Below are positions 26,686 to 29,146 of a stretch of DNA of 29,146 nt, piece after piece. The notes beneath the pieces are model-generated. The model ran no database searches, had not been told where the DNA came from, and saw only the letters and a program-made list of their open reading frames with translations. The stretch is from Methanocellales archaeon (GTDB lineage Archaea > Halobacteriota > JAWCLZ01). Position numbers and translations under genes: made by a program. The stretch's first letter is position 1; every line of letters starts with the position of its first letter. The stretch covers positions 11,905 through 41,050 of the forward strand of contig JAWCMA010000002.1 of assembly GCA_038850285.1 (NCBI GenBank). The letters run 5' to 3'.

Positions 26686-26810
26686 ATAAACTCGCGAGCG
26701 AGCATCCTTCCTAGATCGAGGTATAAGCAAAATTAAATGATGGAAATTATTATATCATATACTCATCAATAGAATTTTATGCCAAGGGGGATAAAGAAGG
26801 GAGGTGAAAA

Positions 26811-27284
26811 ATGATGAATTATGAATTTCTATATACGATATTAATAGTTGCAATAATATTTGGCTCCATTGGATGCGCTGCACCACCAACTCCAACGCCA
26901 ACTCCTACGTATACGCCAACTCCAACTGCTGCTACACCATCACCTGCAGCTACAATTACCCCAGCCTATGAGATTCGCTTTGACAATTTTACTGCACATA
27001 CTGATGGGAAGATCAAATTTAGGGCATTTGGAAAGAGCAGCTATTCACTGAGCGACTTGAAGTGGGTTGTGAAAGGAGAGGAAATTAAGGATTATTCAAA
27101 GATAATTGTGGGATATGAAGAAGATATTGGAACTGCAAACACCATGATAAAAGGCGCTGCTGAAGGCCAGCCAATTTATATAAAGACAGGTCAAAGTTGG
27201 ATAGCTGGCACGCCAATATCGATTCTCATAGTTGAAAAACAAAGCGGCATAGTTCTAGTCGAAAAAAATCTAATAGTTCAGTAA
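26811..27284 (+). CDS. Predicted lipoprotein with Pro/Thr-rich stalk and small beta-rich domain
   Basis: GGAGGTGA Shine-Dalgarno; hydrophobic signal ending GSIG-C; PPTPTPTPTYTPTPT linker. Confidence 0.8.
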   Translation: MMNYEFLYTILIVAIIFGSIGCAAPPTPTPTPTYTPTPTAATPSPAATITPAYEIRFDNFTAHTDGKIKFRAFGKSSYSLSDLKWVVKGEEIKDYSKIIVGYEEDIGTANTMIKGAAEGQPIYIKTGQSWIAGTPISILIVEKQSGIVLVEKNLIVQ

Positions 27285-27371
27285 TAAACTGCTAAGCTAA
27301 TATCTTAGAGTGGGAGCATGAAATTGCGTGGATTAAGTTTATGCTCTTTAACCAATGGTGGGCGTGCAATT

Positions 27372-27425
27372 GGAGCCTCGCTTCGCTAAGGGAAGCTTAA
27401 TGTCTCTGCGAGGAAGCTAGGTTTC
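27372..27425. other. GC-rich stem-loop between convergent genes
   Basis: GGAGCCTCGCTTC (27372-27384) pairs with GAAGCTAGGTTTC (27413-27425) at 12 of 13 positions, including two G-U pairs. Confidence 0.45.
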
Positions 27426-27432
27426 TCCTTTG

Positions 27433-28344
27433 TTATTCGAATTCAATTGTCGCAGGTGGCTTGGGGGTTATATCATATACCACCCTTGCTACTTCTGGTA
27501 TTTCGCTGGTTATCCTTGAGGCAATATGCTTGAGCTTTGGCCATGGGATTGGAAGTGGATTCGCAGTCATCCCATCTCGAGATTCCACTGCTCTTATTGC
27601 GATTATCCAACCGTGGAGGCGCACATCTCCTTTTACTCCTGTGCCTTTTTCAAGCAATGCTGCAAAGCTCTGCCAGGGATGGAGTTCTTGGAGTTCTTCT
27701 TCCACAATAGCATTTGCTTCTCTCACTACTTTGATTTTCTCAGGAGTTACCTCGCCAATTACACGCACAGCTAGCCCAGGGCCTGGGAATGGCATTCGCT
27801 CGCTTATGCTCTCAGGTAAGGAAAGTGCTCTTGCTACCTCGCGCACTTCATCTTTATAGAGCTCGCGCAGTGGTTCTATTATTGCTTCGAAGTCAATGTC
27901 GATTGGCAAGCCGCCTACATTGTGATGGGACTTTATTCCTCCTTTGGATTCAATTCTATCTGGATAAATCGTGCCCTGTATGTAATATCTCGCTCCCTCT
28001 CTTCGCGCTACTTCTTCGAAAACGCGTATAAATTGCTCGCCCACAATTTTCCTCTTTTGCTCAGGGTCAACTGCTCCTTTAAGGGCTTTGAAGAACCGCT
28101 CGCTTGCATCTATGATTATAATATTCATGTGGCTGAAGGTTTCTTTTATTTTCTCTGTCTCACCTTTCCTCATTAAACCTGTGTCTATAAAAACTGGAAT
28201 TAAATCGCTGCCTATGGCTTTATATGCCAGTACTGCGCAGACAGAGCTATCCACTCCTCCAGATAGAGCTATTATTGCCTTGCCTTTTACCTCTCGCTTT
28301 ATCTCCTCTATAGCTGCGGGTATGAATTCTTCAACTTTGACCAT
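27433..28344 (-). CDS. guaAB: GMP synthase, ATP pyrophosphatase subunit B
   Basis: [31 protein letters not shown] and [14 protein letters not shown]; no glutaminase domain, as is usual for the archaeal split enzyme. Confidence 0.96.
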   Translation of the reverse strand: MVKVEEFIPAAIEEIKREVKGKAIIALSGGVDSSVCAVLAYKAIGSDLIPVFIDTGLMRKGETEKIKETFSHMNIIIIDASERFFKALKGAVDPEQKRKIVGEQFIRVFEEVARREGARYYIQGTIYPDRIESKGGIKSHHNVGGLPIDIDFEAIIEPLRELYKDEVREVARALSLPESISERMPFPGPGLAVRVIGEVTPEKIKVVREANAIVEEELQELHPWQSFAALLEKGTGVKGDVRLHGWIIAIRAVESRDGMTANPLPIPWPKLKHIASRITSEIPEVARVVYDITPKPPATIEFE

Positions 28345-28379
28345 AGCACGAGCAACTTAGTTAAGTTGTTAAGTTATTA

Positions 28380-28913
28380 TTAATATTTCGCGTGATTAAA
28401 TAACTCTTGACTATAATCAATTTTGCCAGGTGGATATGTTTTTTTCCCTTCTATGATTTCCACGATACAGTTGGCTACTTCATTTGGGGTTTTATTCGTG
28501 GTATCTATTTCATGGATATTCTCAAGTTTATGACGCTGAAGGGTTTCAATTAGAATTACATCAAGGGCTTCTGCCTCTACATTTTCTCTTATCTTCTCCT
28601 TATTCCAGTTTTTGGCTTCAAGGCGCTTTCTAAGCATTTTTGGCTTTGTTCTAAGTATTATTACTAGATCTAAATCGAGGTGGTGAGCGAGATGTCCTTC
28701 AACTATATATTCTCCTTTTAATTCAGCAAAATATTTTTTAAGCCTAGGTATATCAACTATTAATGTATCGCGCTTCAAATCCCTCCCTGTATAAAATTTT
28801 TTTTCTTTGATCACTGCATTTAAGTCTATGATTTTATAGTGATATTTGGATTTCAGCACATTGCAAACCTCAGTTTTACCTGTGCCTGGTGTGCCTGTTA
28901 TACCAGTTCTCAT
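28380..28913 (-). CDS. Adenylate kinase AK6/Fap7-type nucleoside monophosphate kinase
   Basis: ITGTPGTGKT, VEGHLAH and KIRENVEAE motifs; true start ATG 28913, 1 nt after the upstream stop. Confidence 0.9.
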   Translation of the reverse strand: MRTGITGTPGTGKTEVCNVLKSKYHYKIIDLNAVIKEKKFYTGRDLKRDTLIVDIPRLKKYFAELKGEYIVEGHLAHHLDLDLVIILRTKPKMLRKRLEAKNWNKEKIRENVEAEALDVILIETLQRHKLENIHEIDTTNKTPNEVANCIVEIIEGKKTYPPGKIDYSQELFNHAKY

Positions 28914-28914
28914 T

Positions 28915-29146
28915 TTACGCCTCTGCTTTAAATTCAAGCAGTGCTTCAATTAAGCGTTTATTCTGCTCTTCAGTGCCAATAGTTATTCTCACTAGAGATT
29001 TAGAGGCGCCTCTGAAGGATTGGCAGTCTCTCACTATTATTCCCTTTTTGAGCAAATATTCACATACTTCTTTTGAAGTAGAGGGCTTTACATCGATTAA
29101 AACGAAGTTTGCTTGGGAGGGATAGACCTTGAAGGGTATGTTTTCA
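28915..29146 (-). CDS. hisC: Histidinol-phosphate aminotransferase-like, 3' end (partial)
   Basis: Manual translation: ...[15 protein letters not shown]...[16 protein letters not shown]...[18 protein letters not shown]...KAEA*. A CobD-type paralogue is not excluded. Confidence 0.8.
   Translation of the reverse strand, partial: ENIPFKVYPSQANFVLIDVKPSTSKEVCEYLLKKGIIVRDCQSFRGASKSLVRITIGTEEQNKRLIEALLEFKAEA

Noticed and set aside
26880-26965. CCAACT/CCAACG-like DNA repeats
   Set aside because: Explained by the Pro-Thr linker codons.
25486-27284. Lipoproteins as substrates of the nearby Tat system
   Set aside because: Neither signal peptide has a twin-arginine motif.
27433-28344. GMP synthase lacking its glutaminase domain
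   Set aside because: The split GuaAA/GuaAB arrangement is normal in many archaea.

Overview
Archaeal chromosomal segment. Gene order and protein types point to Halobacteriota/Methanomicrobia sensu lato (inference). The left arm is the conserved minus-strand rpoK-rps2-MEMO1-mvk-ipk-fni-rnj-idsA (translation/isoprenoid) operon. It is followed by DUF1614-like, DUF5350-like and USP genes, an FtsZ2-type gene, tatA/tatC and a HAD hydrolase. The middle holds a strongly diverged three-gene IOR-type ThDP/Fe-S oxidoreductase with a split alpha subunit, a solitary HNH nuclease, corA, and a divergent thiamine-salvage locus (thiW, unknown P-loop protein, truncated cytX, thiDN / ecfA, ecfA', ecfT, thiR). 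The right arm has a polyprenol-kinase-like gene, glyS, a lipoprotein-Yip1-lipoprotein trio, guaAB, an AK6-type kinase and the 3' end of hisC. I saw no rRNA, tRNA, CRISPR array or transposase. Best novelty candidates: (1) an FtsZ2 whose normal C-terminal peptide is replaced by a transmembrane anchor; (2) the split IOR-like enzyme with a remodelled, Arg-enriched active site; (3) an unknown P-loop protein inside a ThiR/ThiW salvage locus that has no thiM. All family calls come from motif recognition by eye; no database search was run.
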